A stretch of 64,000 bases of DNA from an uncultured Candidatus Rokubacteria bacterium. Lineage in GTDB: Bacteria > Methylomirabilota > Methylomirabilia > Rokubacteriales > DASRDR01. Under the pieces are notes generated by a model that was given only the letters and a program-made list of their open reading frames with translations, was not told the DNA's origin and searched no databases. The stretch's first letter is position 1. Each line of letters opens with the position of its first letter. Location of the stretch: positions 576,001 to 640,000 of the forward strand of contig CAWDVE010000017.1 of assembly GCA_963805625.1 (NCBI GenBank). Direction: 5' to 3'. The translations under genes and the position numbers were made by a program. This document shows, in pieces, positions 10,387 to 19,771 of the stretch.

Positions 10387-10415
10387 TTGACAAGTGGGCG
10401 TCGCCTGAATACGCT
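10387..10415 (+). promoter_or_regulatory. Sigma-70-like promoter with no sense gene downstream
   Basis: TTGACA-17 nt-TACGCT. Confidence 0.35.
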
Positions 10416-10523
10416 CGCCCGCGGCAGTCGCCGCCCCTGCGCCGATTGGACGGCGTCCGCCGGGAGGCTCGGCGGGAAGGGCGGATCCGCGAGGGCGAGC
10501 CTCCGGGGCCGCGCCGGGGCGTC

Positions 10524-11100
10524 TTAGACGTGCTCGACGACGATCGCCCAGAAGGGGGCGCTGCCGACGTTGCGGATCTCGTGGACCATGACCTGCGGCG
10601 CCCAGTGCACGCCCCCCGCCGGGAAGCGGTCCTCGCGGGCCTCGCCACTGGGGAACCGCTGCGCCGCGTGGGCCGCCGTGAGCGGGGAGGATGAGCCGAG
10701 GCGCGTGGCTGTGCATCCAGCGGACCTGCGCGGGCCCCAGGATCTCCTCGTAGACGCAGACCGAGTCGTTCCGGAAGAGCACCTTGTCCCCGAAGGTCCG
10801 CGTCACCCCCGGGGCGTCCGGCAGTGACCGCACCTCCACGAGCATCGCCTCGCCAAACGGCTGCGACCCGGCCTGGGGCAGGAGCTCGCCGGCTCCGAGC
10901 CAGTCGACCCGGCCCCGCGCCACCGGAAGGTATCGATCCTCGTCGCGCTGCCGATGGAGCAGCGAGCCTCCGCCATCCCGCACTCCGATGAGCAAGGCGT
11001 TCGCGTGCGGGATCGGCGGCCCGCCGTGCCCCGTTCCCGAGGCTTCATCGATCCCGATGACGAGCACCGCGTCGTTGTCCAGCAGGGTCCGAATCGGCAT
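10524..11100 (-). pseudogene. Cupin-fold protein with a +1 frameshift (possible sequencing error)
   Basis: ATG 11100 MPIRTLLDN...MHSHAPRLIL; after an extra C in a C run near 10686 it continues LTAAHAAQRF...VHEIRNVGSAPFWAIVVEHV* (TAA 10526-10524). Confidence 0.65.
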
Positions 11101-11168
11101 GGCTCCTCCGCGCTCCGGAGGCCCGGCGCGATCGCCTTCTCCCGGGCGCCCAGGTTTCCCGTCTGCCC

Positions 11169-12071
11169 TCAGATTCCCCACCGCCGCCGAGACACCTCCA
11201 CCGGCTCGAGCGGGGCGCCGGGCTGCCAGAAGGCCGAATGGCCCGCCGGCGCGGCCCCGGCCCACCGATCGTCCATCGGCTCGCTGGCGCGCTGGCAGCG
11301 GGTGTCACAGCTGAGCCGGTAGCGGTCGGTGGTGTTGACCAGCGATGCATGGAGCATGAACAGGCCGAAGATCACGACGTCTCCGGCGCGGAAGGTCGCC
11401 GTCGCCCAGCGTCCCCCGAGGCGGTCGACCAGCTCGGCCGGGTCCCGGCTGAAGATCCCCTCGATCAGATCGCGGTCGACATCGCACCGCCCGTACGTCT
11501 CGCGAACCCGGCGCCAGCGATGCGAGCCGAGGCAGAGGGCGAGCGGCCCCATCTCCGGCGTCACGTCACCGAGCGGGGTCCAGCACGTGTAGACGTCGAG
11601 CGTGCCCCGGCCCATGTACGGCGCGTCACAGTGAATGCCCGTGCCGGCACCGGGCCCTGCCGCCCGCAGCCACTGGAACTGATAGCTCGCCACCGGCGCG
11701 TCCAGGAGCCGCGCGAAGACGCCCATGATCCGGTCACCGTAGACGACGGTGGCGAGCGCCGGGGTCTTGAGCCGCTCGCGCGCCCGCACGGAGGTCGTGG
11801 GCGTCTCGCGGGACGCGCGATTGGCGACGCCGTCCATCAGGGGGTATGCGGGGTCGAGGAGCCCCTCCTCGGCCATGCGCCGGAGGATGTCCCCGCGGGC
11901 GGCCAGCACCTCGGCCGGGTCGTGCACGCCCCGGAGCAGCAGATACCCGTCCTCCGCCAGGCGGTGGCGAAGCGCCGCCGGGTCGGCGAGGAGATCGTTG
12001 CTGGCGCGGAGCTCGAGCGTCAGGTACCGGCTCCCGGCCGCGAGCTGCCGCTCACCGATGCGGTATTCCAT
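11169..12071 (-). CDS. Phytanoyl-CoA dioxygenase (PhyH) family Fe(II)/2OG oxygenase
   Basis: DGYLLLRG, TGIHCD (HxD), WTPLGD, GDVVIF..FMLHAS, RLSCDTR. Confidence 0.9.
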   Translation of the reverse strand: MEYRIGERQLAAGSRYLTLELRASNDLLADPAALRHRLAEDGYLLLRGVHDPAEVLAARGDILRRMAEEGLLDPAYPLMDGVANRASRETPTTSVRARERLKTPALATVVYGDRIMGVFARLLDAPVASYQFQWLRAAGPGAGTGIHCDAPYMGRGTLDVYTCWTPLGDVTPEMGPLALCLGSHRWRRVRETYGRCDVDRDLIEGIFSRDPAELVDRLGGRWATATFRAGDVVIFGLFMLHASLVNTTDRYRLSCDTRCQRASEPMDDRWAGAAPAGHSAFWQPGAPLEPVEVSRRRWGI

Positions 12072-12185
12072 TCGTGCCGACCCCGGCGGCCGAGTCTAGC
12101 AACGGCCTCTCGAGCGCGTCAACGCGAGGCGTCTCGAGGGTCGTGTCTCAGTCCTGGACTGGCCGTCCGGACTCGAAGGACTTCT

Positions 12186-12382
12186 TCAGAGCCGCCCGGA
12201 ACGGACGACCTCGCAGTGATAGCAGCCGCTGTTCTGTAGTCGATGTTGAACCAGTGATGCTCCGCCCCCACCAGCTCGCAGTCCTCGGCCTTGCTCGCCA
12301 TGCCGAGGTTGATGAGCGTCCAGGGGAGACGACGTCGGAACCAGGTCCGCCAGCGGTATGAATGGCCGGGGTCCCAAACCAT
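12186..12382 (-). pseudogene. Small Cys/His-containing protein, frameshifted
   Basis: MVWDPGH...DCELVGAEHHWFNID then SGCYHCEVVRSGRL in another frame. Confidence 0.35.
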
Positions 12383-12484
12383 GCGAAATCCTATCCCGTC
12401 CCGTCGACCTGAGACACTACCGACGTCGGAATCGGGGCCAGGGAGGACCGCCGACATTTCCGTGCAGTCCTGGCCATCCCGCGG

Positions 12485-12644
12485 TATAGTGATGGCTGTC
12501 TGGTTCTGACCGTCGGTTCATCTTCGAGCCCGAGTCCTTTTCAGACCGCGCAACCCCGCCTCCTCTTCCGCACGGTGGGACGCGACCTCAACATCGCGGA
12601 AGACTGGCTGGGCCCAGGCTTGCCCTGAAGGGACTCACATACCC
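12485..12644 (+). promoter_or_regulatory. -10 element and structured ~150-nt 5' leader of the DEAD-box helicase
   Basis: TATAGT 12485-12490; 12532-12544 complementary to the SD-containing 12625-12636; 12564-12571 pairs with 12596-12603. Confidence 0.55.
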
Positions 12645-13910
12645 ATGTCGTTCAACACGTTTGACCTCCACCCTGACCTCCTACGGGGCGTCGCCTCCCT
12701 CGGGTTCGACATGCCCACCCCGATCCAGCGGGACGCCATCCCGCCGGTTCATGCGGGCCGGGACGTGCTCGCGTGCGCCATGACCGGGAGCGGCAAGACG
12801 GCCGCGTTCCTCCTGCCGATCCTCCACCGGCTTCTCGGGCGCCCGCGCGGGACCACGCGCGTCCTCGTCCTCGCCCCCACGCGCGAGCTGGCGGCGCAGA
12901 TCGACGAGCACCGGCAGGAGCTCGGGCGTCACACGCGCCTCACCGGAGCGGCCATCTTCGGCGGCGTCGGCTACGGGCCGCAGGAGCAGGCGTTCCGCCG
13001 CGGGGTCGACGTGCTCGTCGCTACGCCCGGCCGCCTGCTGGACCACTTCGGGCAACCCTACGCCCGTCTCGCCGGCCTGGAAGTGCTGGTCCTGGACGAG
13101 GCGGACCGCATGCTCGACATGGGCTTCCTGCCCGACATTCGCCGCGTCCTCCAGCACCTCCCGGCACGCCGCCAGACCCTCTTCTTCTCGGCGACGATGC
13201 CGCCGCCGATCGTGGCGCTCGCCCGGGAGATCCTGCGCGACCCCGTCACGATCGCGGTGGAGCGCCCGGCGGCGCCGGCCACCGGCATCACCCACACGGC
13301 GTACCCGGTCGTGTCCGAGCTGAAGTCGCGGCTGCTCCTGAGCCTGCTCGCGCAGCCGGGCACCCGCAGCGTCCTCGCGTTCACGCGCACCAAGCACCGG
13401 GCGAACCGGCTGACGGAGTTCCTCGGCCGCCACGGGATCCGGGTGGAACGGATCCACGGCAACCGCAGCCAGGCCCAACGAACGCAGGCCCTGGCCGGCT
13501 TCAAGAGCGGGTTCTACCAGGTGCTGGTGGCCACGGACATCGCCGCGCGCGGCATCGACATCGACGCCCTGAGCCACGTGGTGAACTTCGACGTCCCGCC
13601 GTTGCCCGAGGACTACATCCATCGCGTGGGCCGGACCGCCCGGGCGGAGGCACGCGGCGACGCGCTCACGCTCGTTGCGCCGAACGAGGAGGCGGACCTC
13701 CGCACCATCGAGCGGGCCATCGGGAGCCGGATCACCCGGGCGACGCTGCCGGATTTCGACTACGGCCAGCGGCTGTCCGAGCGCCTGGAGATTCCTCTCA
13801 CCGAGCGCCTCGCCGCGATGCGGGCTCAGCGGGCCGGTCAGCGGCGCGGAGCAGGGGGCGGACGCCGTCACACGGCGGCCGGGGCCGTCCGGTCGGCGCG
13901 GCAGGCCTAG
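12645..13910 (+). CDS. DEAD-box ATP-dependent RNA helicase (RhlE-like)
   Basis: Q motif PTPIQ, TGSGKT, PTRELA, TPGRL, DEAD, SAT, ARGID, HRVGRTAR. Confidence 0.96.
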   Translation: MSFNTFDLHPDLLRGVASLGFDMPTPIQRDAIPPVHAGRDVLACAMTGSGKTAAFLLPILHRLLGRPRGTTRVLVLAPTRELAAQIDEHRQELGRHTRLTGAAIFGGVGYGPQEQAFRRGVDVLVATPGRLLDHFGQPYARLAGLEVLVLDEADRMLDMGFLPDIRRVLQHLPARRQTLFFSATMPPPIVALAREILRDPVTIAVERPAAPATGITHTAYPVVSELKSRLLLSLLAQPGTRSVLAFTRTKHRANRLTEFLGRHGIRVERIHGNRSQAQRTQALAGFKSGFYQVLVATDIAARGIDIDALSHVVNFDVPPLPEDYIHRVGRTARAEARGDALTLVAPNEEADLRTIERAIGSRITRATLPDFDYGQRLSERLEIPLTERLAAMRAQRAGQRRGAGGGRRHTAAGAVRSARQA

Positions 13911-14006
13911 CGCTTCGGGCTCCCGCTTCACCGCATCACGGAGGGGCGCGGGGCCCGTCAAGTCACTGGGGGGCCGTCGCGCCCCCGCGCGGTAGACTGG
14001 GCCGGG

Positions 14007-14549
14007 ATGGCTGACCCCGCGTCCCGGCTCTACGAGCTTCGCCTTCCGACCCTCACCGACGCTCGGGTGCGCGACGCGGTGGTGCAGGTGCTGGGCCGAC
14101 GGCTTCCGGCACAGTTCGGCCCGAGCCAGGGCGAGGCCCTCGCGCGTACCGGCGTCGTGTTCCGCGTACCCCTGGGCGACGCCGAGGCGGCGGCGTTCCT
14201 GCGAGACCTCTACGCGACGGGCGTGGCGCCGGCCGGCGTGGTCCTGCGCCCGCTCGGGATCGGGGTGCCGCACGATCGGGCGGTCGAGGAGCCCGCCTTC
14301 GCGATCTTCGCGCGCCACGGCGGGAGGTTCGTCCCGACCTGGAACTGGCGGGCGTTCGTCTTCGGGCCGCTCTGGTATTTCAAGAGGGGCCTCTACGCCA
14401 AGGGTCTCGTGTTGCTCGGGCTCAGCGTGTGCCCTTTCTTCAGCCTCGCGCTCACCGTGCTCCTGTCGGCCGCGATCCTGGTCTATTGCGGCGTGGCGGG
14501 GAACTGGGACGACTACCTCTGGAGAGTCAAGGGCACTCAGTGGTGGTGA
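14007..14549 (+). CDS. Membrane protein with DUF2628-like C-terminus
   Basis: WNWRAFVFGPLWYFKRGLY followed by TM helices. Confidence 0.7.
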   Translation: MADPASRLYELRLPTLTDARVRDAVVQVLGRRLPAQFGPSQGEALARTGVVFRVPLGDAEAAAFLRDLYATGVAPAGVVLRPLGIGVPHDRAVEEPAFAIFARHGGRFVPTWNWRAFVFGPLWYFKRGLYAKGLVLLGLSVCPFFSLALTVLLSAAILVYCGVAGNWDDYLWRVKGTQWW

Positions 14550-14603
14550 CGGTCGGGGTCAGCCCGATCGCACCGAGTGGCACGTTCCGTCCGGATCCTT
14601 GAG

Positions 14604-15644
14604 CTACCCTGACGCTCGAACGTCCCGCGCCGGGCTCGGCGCCGGGGATGGATCTGGCGTGCCCGGCTCCGCGGCGGCGGGGGACTTGGGGCCGCGCATG
14701 ACCGCGAGGCACACGTACCCGATGAGAATCCAGACGGCTTCTCGGAACCGGCGGGCGACGCCGAAGGCTAGACCGGTGCTCGAGCCTAGCCCGAGCAGGG
14801 CGAAGATGCCGACGAGCCCGCCCTCGAGGATGCCGATCGATCCTGGGATCAGGAACCCGACGGCGCGCACGCCTGTCGCTCCCGCCTCGATGACGAGCGC
14901 TGTCATTAGAGAGACCGGCGAATCGAGGAGGACGAGCATGAGCCACGTCTCGAGCGCGCCCGTCGCCCATCCCACGAGGCTCAGGCTGAAGACCCCAGTG
15001 GCCCGCCCCCGCCGCTCCCGGTAGAAGCACCGCAGGTCGGCGTCGAGCCGGTCAGCGCTCGCCACCACGCGATCGCCCAGCCCGAGCCACGCGAGAGCTC
15101 GGCCGCCCATCCGGAACATGCCCCGGACCTGCACCCACATGAAGCCCGCGGTCGACGCGGCCATGTACAGGGCGAGCAGGGCGAGCAAGGACAGCATCGA
15201 GGTGGACATGCCCTCGAACGCCCACGCGAGCGCGAGCGCGCCCCCGATGAAGCCCGCCAGGGAGGCGACGAGAGCCGTCTTGGCGACCACGACGGCCAGG
15301 AGCCCCTCCTCGACGGGTACGCCCGCCCCCGCCCACGCGAGGAGGTACGCTTTCAGCGCGTCCCCTCCCATGGTCCCGGTCGGCGTCGTCTCGTTCACCG
15401 CCTCGCCCGCGAGCCGGACCGGGAAGAGAAGCCCGAAGGGTGGGCGCCGCCGGGGGAACGCGATCCGCCATGCCTCGGTCTTGAAGAGGTTCGTCACGAC
15501 CTGGGGCAGGAGGATCAGCGGGAGCCGCCAGGAGAGCTTGCGCAGCTCGGCGACGAGCGTGGCGACCCCGATCTCCCAGATGAGCCAGACGACGATGAGC
15601 CCCCCCGCCAGGACGGCGAGCAGGCGAAGTGCCTTCAGGAGCAC
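14604..15644 (-). CDS. Lysylphosphatidylglycerol synthase TM / flippase-like protein
   Basis: RLAGEAVNETTP..TMGGD..KAYLL, FLIPGSIGILEGG, RRFRE; start uncertain (GTG 15644). Confidence 0.8.
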   Translation of the reverse strand: MLLKALRLLAVLAGGLIVVWLIWEIGVATLVAELRKLSWRLPLILLPQVVTNLFKTEAWRIAFPRRRPPFGLLFPVRLAGEAVNETTPTGTMGGDALKAYLLAWAGAGVPVEEGLLAVVVAKTALVASLAGFIGGALALAWAFEGMSTSMLSLLALLALYMAASTAGFMWVQVRGMFRMGGRALAWLGLGDRVVASADRLDADLRCFYRERRGRATGVFSLSLVGWATGALETWLMLVLLDSPVSLMTALVIEAGATGVRAVGFLIPGSIGILEGGLVGIFALLGLGSSTGLAFGVARRFREAVWILIGYVCLAVMRGPKSPAAAEPGTPDPSPAPSPARDVRASG

Positions 15645-15739
15645 CGGGAGACCGCGGGGGACGATGCCAGAGGGTGGGCGGGGGAGATCCGGGAGCAGCT
15701 CACCGCCCGCGCATTTTACTCCAGGAGTGGAATCGATGG

Positions 15740-15866
15740 AGGGAGCATCGCCGGTCCAGGCGACGTGATCTCGTTGCCCAGCGGCCATGACGCGTGGGTG
15801 GTGGGCAACGAGCCCGTCGTCGTCGTGGACTGGCTCGGCGCGAGCAACTACGCCCAACTGGCCTGA
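15740..15866 (+). pseudogene. 3' remnant of a cupin-domain gene
   Basis: IAGPGDVISLPSGHDAWVVGNEPVVVVDWLGASNYA...* with no 5' part. Confidence 0.6.
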
Positions 15867-15980
15867 GCGGGTCGCTCCGCCCGCGGGGGCGCCGACGCGA
15901 TGGTCGGCGCTCTCGCGGGCGGCGCCCTGACCCGAGCCCGGCGGGCCGCCCGCCCTCTCTCTTCCGGCTAGGCCAGTTCG

Positions 15981-16913
15981 TTAGACGGCCTCGGCGGCGA
16001 TCCGGGCCCGAAGCTTTCCGTCGGGCAGGCGCCCGTAGGCGGCCCTCATGTTGTCGCGCAGGTGGGCCGCGCTCGACGTGGCGGGGATCGCGCAGGTGAT
16101 CGCGGGGTGCGAGACGACGAACTTCAGCAGGACCTGCGCCCAGCTGTCGCAGTCGATCTCGGCCGCCCATGCGGGCAGCGGCTTTTGGCGGAGGCGGCGG
16201 AACAGGTCGCCGCCCGCGAAGGGCCGGTTCGCGATCACCGCCGCGCCCCGCTCCTGGGCGAGCGGCAAGAGGCGGCGCTCGGCGTCGCGCTCCCCGACGG
16301 AATAGTTGATCTGCACGAAGTCGACCGGCTTCGAGGCGATGAGCCGGGCCACGGCCTCGTGGCTGCCGGCCGTGTAGTGCGTCACGCCGACGTAGCGCAC
16401 GCGGCCGTCGCGCTTCCATCCCGCCAGGGTGGCGAGGTGCGCGTCGACGTCCACCAGGTTGTGCACCTGCATCAGATCGATGCGGTCGGACCGGAGCTTC
16501 CGCATCGATTCCTCCATCTGCCGGATCCCGGCTGCTTTCCCCGAGGTCCACACCTTGGTGGCGAGGAAGAGCTTCGGCTGAAGCCCGAGCTTGGCGGCGA
16601 GGTCGCCGACGACCTCCTCGGAGCGGCCGTACATGGGCGACGAGTCTACGAGGCAGCCGCCGAGGTCGACGAAGGCGCCGAGGACGTCCTCGAGGGGTGC
16701 CCGAGCGGCGGGACTGGGGGCGACGTCGAAGGTTTGCCAGGTCCCGAGTCCGACGACGGGAATGGTCTCGCCGGTCGAGGGAATCCGGCGCGTCAGGATG
16801 GCCGATCCTGGTCCCGGTCCTGCTGCCCCCGCCGCGCCCGCCGTTCCCATGGCCACTCCCATCCCGGCTGCGCCGATCAGGCGCAGCGCGTCACGTCGCC
16901 TCACACCGGCCAT
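15981..16913 (-). CDS. Aldo/keto reductase with Tat signal peptide
   Basis: RRRDAL twin-Arg leader; GLGTW, DSSPMYG, ATKVW, IDLMQVHN, AIPAT. Confidence 0.9.
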   Translation of the reverse strand: MAGVRRRDALRLIGAAGMGVAMGTAGAAGAAGPGPGSAILTRRIPSTGETIPVVGLGTWQTFDVAPSPAARAPLEDVLGAFVDLGGCLVDSSPMYGRSEEVVGDLAAKLGLQPKLFLATKVWTSGKAAGIRQMEESMRKLRSDRIDLMQVHNLVDVDAHLATLAGWKRDGRVRYVGVTHYTAGSHEAVARLIASKPVDFVQINYSVGERDAERRLLPLAQERGAAVIANRPFAGGDLFRRLRQKPLPAWAAEIDCDSWAQVLLKFVVSHPAITCAIPATSSAAHLRDNMRAAYGRLPDGKLRARIAAEAV

Positions 16914-16954
16914 GCGCGTGGCCCATGCATTCGGTCACGCTGCGGCAGTGCGGT

Positions 16955-17370
16955 CTACGTCGGCACGGTCAGGGGGCGGCCCGGACGGATCACGGCGGGC
17001 GGCGTGAACTCGTGGACCCGCTCCCCGATCTCGAGGCGCTGGAGCGTCAGCTCGCCGGCCTCGACCTGCACGACCGCCTCTCGCGCGGAGATGCGGACGG
17101 TGCCCCACGCCGTCCCCGCGGTGAACAGGCTGCGAAAGTCCGGCACTGCCACGCGTGGCGCAAAGCGGAGCCGCCGGGCCGGCGCGCTGTACTCGTAGCC
17201 CGAGAAGGCGAGGAGAAGCGCCCACGACGCGAGCGCGCGGGCGTAGTGGTGACCGCACTCGAACTCGTCCCAGGGGTTGCGCCGGACGCCGTCGTGGCGG
17301 TCGCGCACGGCGCGGACGACGGCCACGCCGGCGTCGACCTCGCCCTCGTACATGAGGAGCCCGGCGACCG
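16955..17370 (-). pseudogene. C-terminal remnant of a GH116 glycoside hydrolase
   Basis: RDRHDGVRRNPWDEFECGHHYARALASW, RFAP, FTAGTAWG; upstream part of the frame is not homologous. Confidence 0.75.
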
Positions 17371-17436
17371 AGCTGCCTCTCTGTGCGCGCGGACGTCGGA
17401 CCTGACGGAGCGTGACGCCGGGGTCAAGACGGGCGA

Positions 17437-18138
17437 TCAGTCGCCCCCGCCGGCGACGTGCGCGCTCCAGTAGTGATGTGTCTTCGCCACCACCGTGATG
17501 ACGCTCTTCACCTCGTCCATCAGCGCGAAGGCAGGGTCGGCCGGCACGAGGAGCCGCTCCTCGTCGCAGCGGGCCTCGACATTCTCCAGGATGATCGTGG
17601 CGCACAGCCAGGCCGCCATCCGCGGCGATTCGCACGAGACCGCGAGCCAGCCGGGCGCCGCCGGTTCCGAATAGAGCCCGGTCGTCTCCCAGATCCCCCG
17701 GCGGATCTCCGCGACCGCGCCGGATCCCTCGGGCGCCGCGGGCTTGCTCGCCCCGGCCCCGAGCACGCTCTCCGGCCCCCGGTGGGGCGGGCCCCCGAAG
17801 AGGGCCAGCTCGCAGAAGGTGCTCCACATGGCTCGCCAGTCGGGACGGCCGTCCGGTCGCCAGACGAAGGGCGCCGAGGACATGGGCGCGGCAGGAGTGG
17901 CCGGGTCGGGCTCGATGACTTCGCGCCGCCCGGCGGGGAGCTCGTGCAACACCGAGGCGATGGGATCCGGCGCCCCGTCGAGTCGCCACAGCTCGACGGG
18001 GCCGCCGAGGAACCCCGCGAGCATGCGGCACTGCCCGCGCCAGTCGTCCAGGATCGTGTACGGCATCTCGACCGGGGACACGAGCAGCACGCGTGTGGGC
18101 ACGGCACCGTCCTGGTTGGAGTACGATGAATCCATCAC
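17437..18138 (-). CDS. Conserved hypothetical protein (domain seen fused to CbiX-like chelatases)
   Basis: PMSSAPF, W..FCELALFGGPPHRG, IILENV, VAKTHHYW. Confidence 0.6.
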   Translation of the reverse strand: MMDSSYSNQDGAVPTRVLLVSPVEMPYTILDDWRGQCRMLAGFLGGPVELWRLDGAPDPIASVLHELPAGRREVIEPDPATPAAPMSSAPFVWRPDGRPDWRAMWSTFCELALFGGPPHRGPESVLGAGASKPAAPEGSGAVAEIRRGIWETTGLYSEPAAPGWLAVSCESPRMAAWLCATIILENVEARCDEERLLVPADPAFALMDEVKSVITVVAKTHHYWSAHVAGGGD

Positions 18139-18162
18139 CGTGAGGCGCGGAGAGTGAACATC

Positions 18163-18396
18163 ATGGCCTTGTACGATTTCCGCTGCACCGTCTGCGGGCT
18201 CGAGTTCGAGGTGTCACGGCCCATGGCCCAGGCCGGGGAACCCGCCCGCTGCCCCGTCGATGGCGCGGACAGCCGACGTTTCTTCACGATGCCCATGACG
18301 TTCTCCAAGTCGAGCTCGAGGCCCCGCCCGCCGGGGCGAGCCTGGCGCCACCACGGTCACCGCCACGGGCCCGGCGCCAGCCCTCACGTCCACTGA
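18163..18396 (+). CDS. FmdB-family zinc-ribbon protein with His-rich tail
   Basis: LYDFRCTVCG..FE...CP; HHGHRHG..HVH tail. Confidence 0.75.
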   Translation: MALYDFRCTVCGLEFEVSRPMAQAGEPARCPVDGADSRRFFTMPMTFSKSSSRPRPPGRAWRHHGHRHGPGASPHVH

Positions 18397-18543
18397 AAAA
18401 GGACGCCAGTCAATCCTCCGTCCCCGCAGCGAACCGCGAGGAGGGTGAGTGCGCGGCGCCGGCGTTGCGGCCAGTCTGGCGCCAGTGTACACGGGGCGGC
18501 GCCCCCGATGGCGGCGGGGGCGCTCTCCGCCGGGGGCCGCCGG

Positions 18544-18927
18544 TCAGGCCCCTCCGCCCGCGGGCGGCCGCCGCCGCATCGTGTCGAGAAAGGCGTCAAG
18601 CTCGGTGTCGGTGGCGAAGACGTCCGTGGACGGGAGCGCCTTCACGATGTCGAAGACCTGCCGCACCGCAGGCTGAAGGCGCGCGACCGCCACCCCGCCT
18701 CCACGCGCCTCGAGCGTCTTCCGCGCCCTGATGAGGACGCGGATGCCGGCGCTGCCGATGTACTCGAGACCGGCGAGGTCGAAAAGGGCCGCGGTCACGG
18801 TGGGTGACGCGAGGAGCGGCTCCAATCGCTCGTCGAGCGTCGGCGCGGTCTCAGTGTCGAGCCGCCCGCGAAGCGCGACGCGGCGGCCTCCGTAGCCTTC
18901 CTCGGTGATCTGGATGTCGAGCCCCAT
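18544..18927 (-). CDS. STAS-domain anti-sigma-factor antagonist
   Basis: LRGRLD..TAP, DLAGLEYIGSAGIRVL; GGGAGG RBS. Confidence 0.88.
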   Translation of the reverse strand: MGLDIQITEEGYGGRRVALRGRLDTETAPTLDERLEPLLASPTVTAALFDLAGLEYIGSAGIRVLIRARKTLEARGGGVAVARLQPAVRQVFDIVKALPSTDVFATDTELDAFLDTMRRRPPAGGGA

Positions 18928-18994
18928 GGGAACCTCCCGCGGTCGGTGACGTCAGGCGTCCGGGCGGCGGCCGGCTTGCCGGCTCGCGGCCGCT

Positions 18995-19570
18995 TCAGTA
19001 TCCGTCACGGCCATGCGGGGCGGCCACCTTGCCCCGGAGCAGGCGGAACAGCAGAACGAAGTAGGCAACGGCCAGGGGAGCCCCAACGACCCACCAGCCG
19101 AGGGCGGTCACCAGGCTGGTCGCCGGCACACTCGCATTGTAGGCGGTGAGGGAGCCGCCGTCGCTGCCGATCGAGCGCAGCATCACCGGGAAGACGCAGG
19201 CCGCGGTCGCCGCCAGCATGCCCGCCAGGAAGGCACAGGATCCGAGGAACGCCGAGAGGGGCCGATCCGCGCGCAGGCCGCGGCGAACGCCGAGCAGCCC
19301 GCCGATGGCCAGCAGGAGCGACAGCCACGCCAGCGGCCGGCCCGGCAGCGCCGCCAGCATCGGCGCGTTGACGAGCCACGTCGCGACCGTCAGGAGTGGC
19401 CAGAGCACGGCCACCCCCGCGTAGAGATGCCCCGCCGCCCGCCGGCTCCGCTCGTGCACGGGCCCGTCCGACTTCCACAGGAGAAACGTGGCGCCGTGGC
19501 CGGCGAGGGCGGTCAGCGCGAACACGCCGGCGAGGACCGTGTACCAGTCGAGGATGCCGACCGGCGTTCT
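18995..19570 (-). pseudogene. cydB: C-terminal half of cytochrome bd oxidase subunit II; no cydA adjacent
   Basis: GILDWYTVL.G..AL..LA.HGA..L.WK, FPVMLRS, SLTAYNA, YF..LFR..RGKV; N-terminal half absent. Confidence 0.75.
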
Positions 19571-19771
19571 CGTGTCGGTGGCCAACCCCGTGGCGGAGGG
19601 GCTCTTCGGCGAGGGGGAGGCGGTGGCCATCGCGTTCCCCGCGCACCCAGTCGCCCTCGTTCCAACATCGTAGCAGCCGGCCCCAACCCCGGCCGCCGTC
19701 CCTCCTGGGAGCTGGAGTCTACGCGAACCCCGGTCTCTCCAGGGCGGCCGGGACGAGCAGCTCCCGAGCCC

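Noticed and set aside
10680-10692. Programmed frameshifts in the cupin, MEDS (~48405) and treY (~63525) genes
   Set aside because: They fall in short homopolymer or dinucleotide runs with no recognisable slippery heptamer; sequencing error or decay is more likely.
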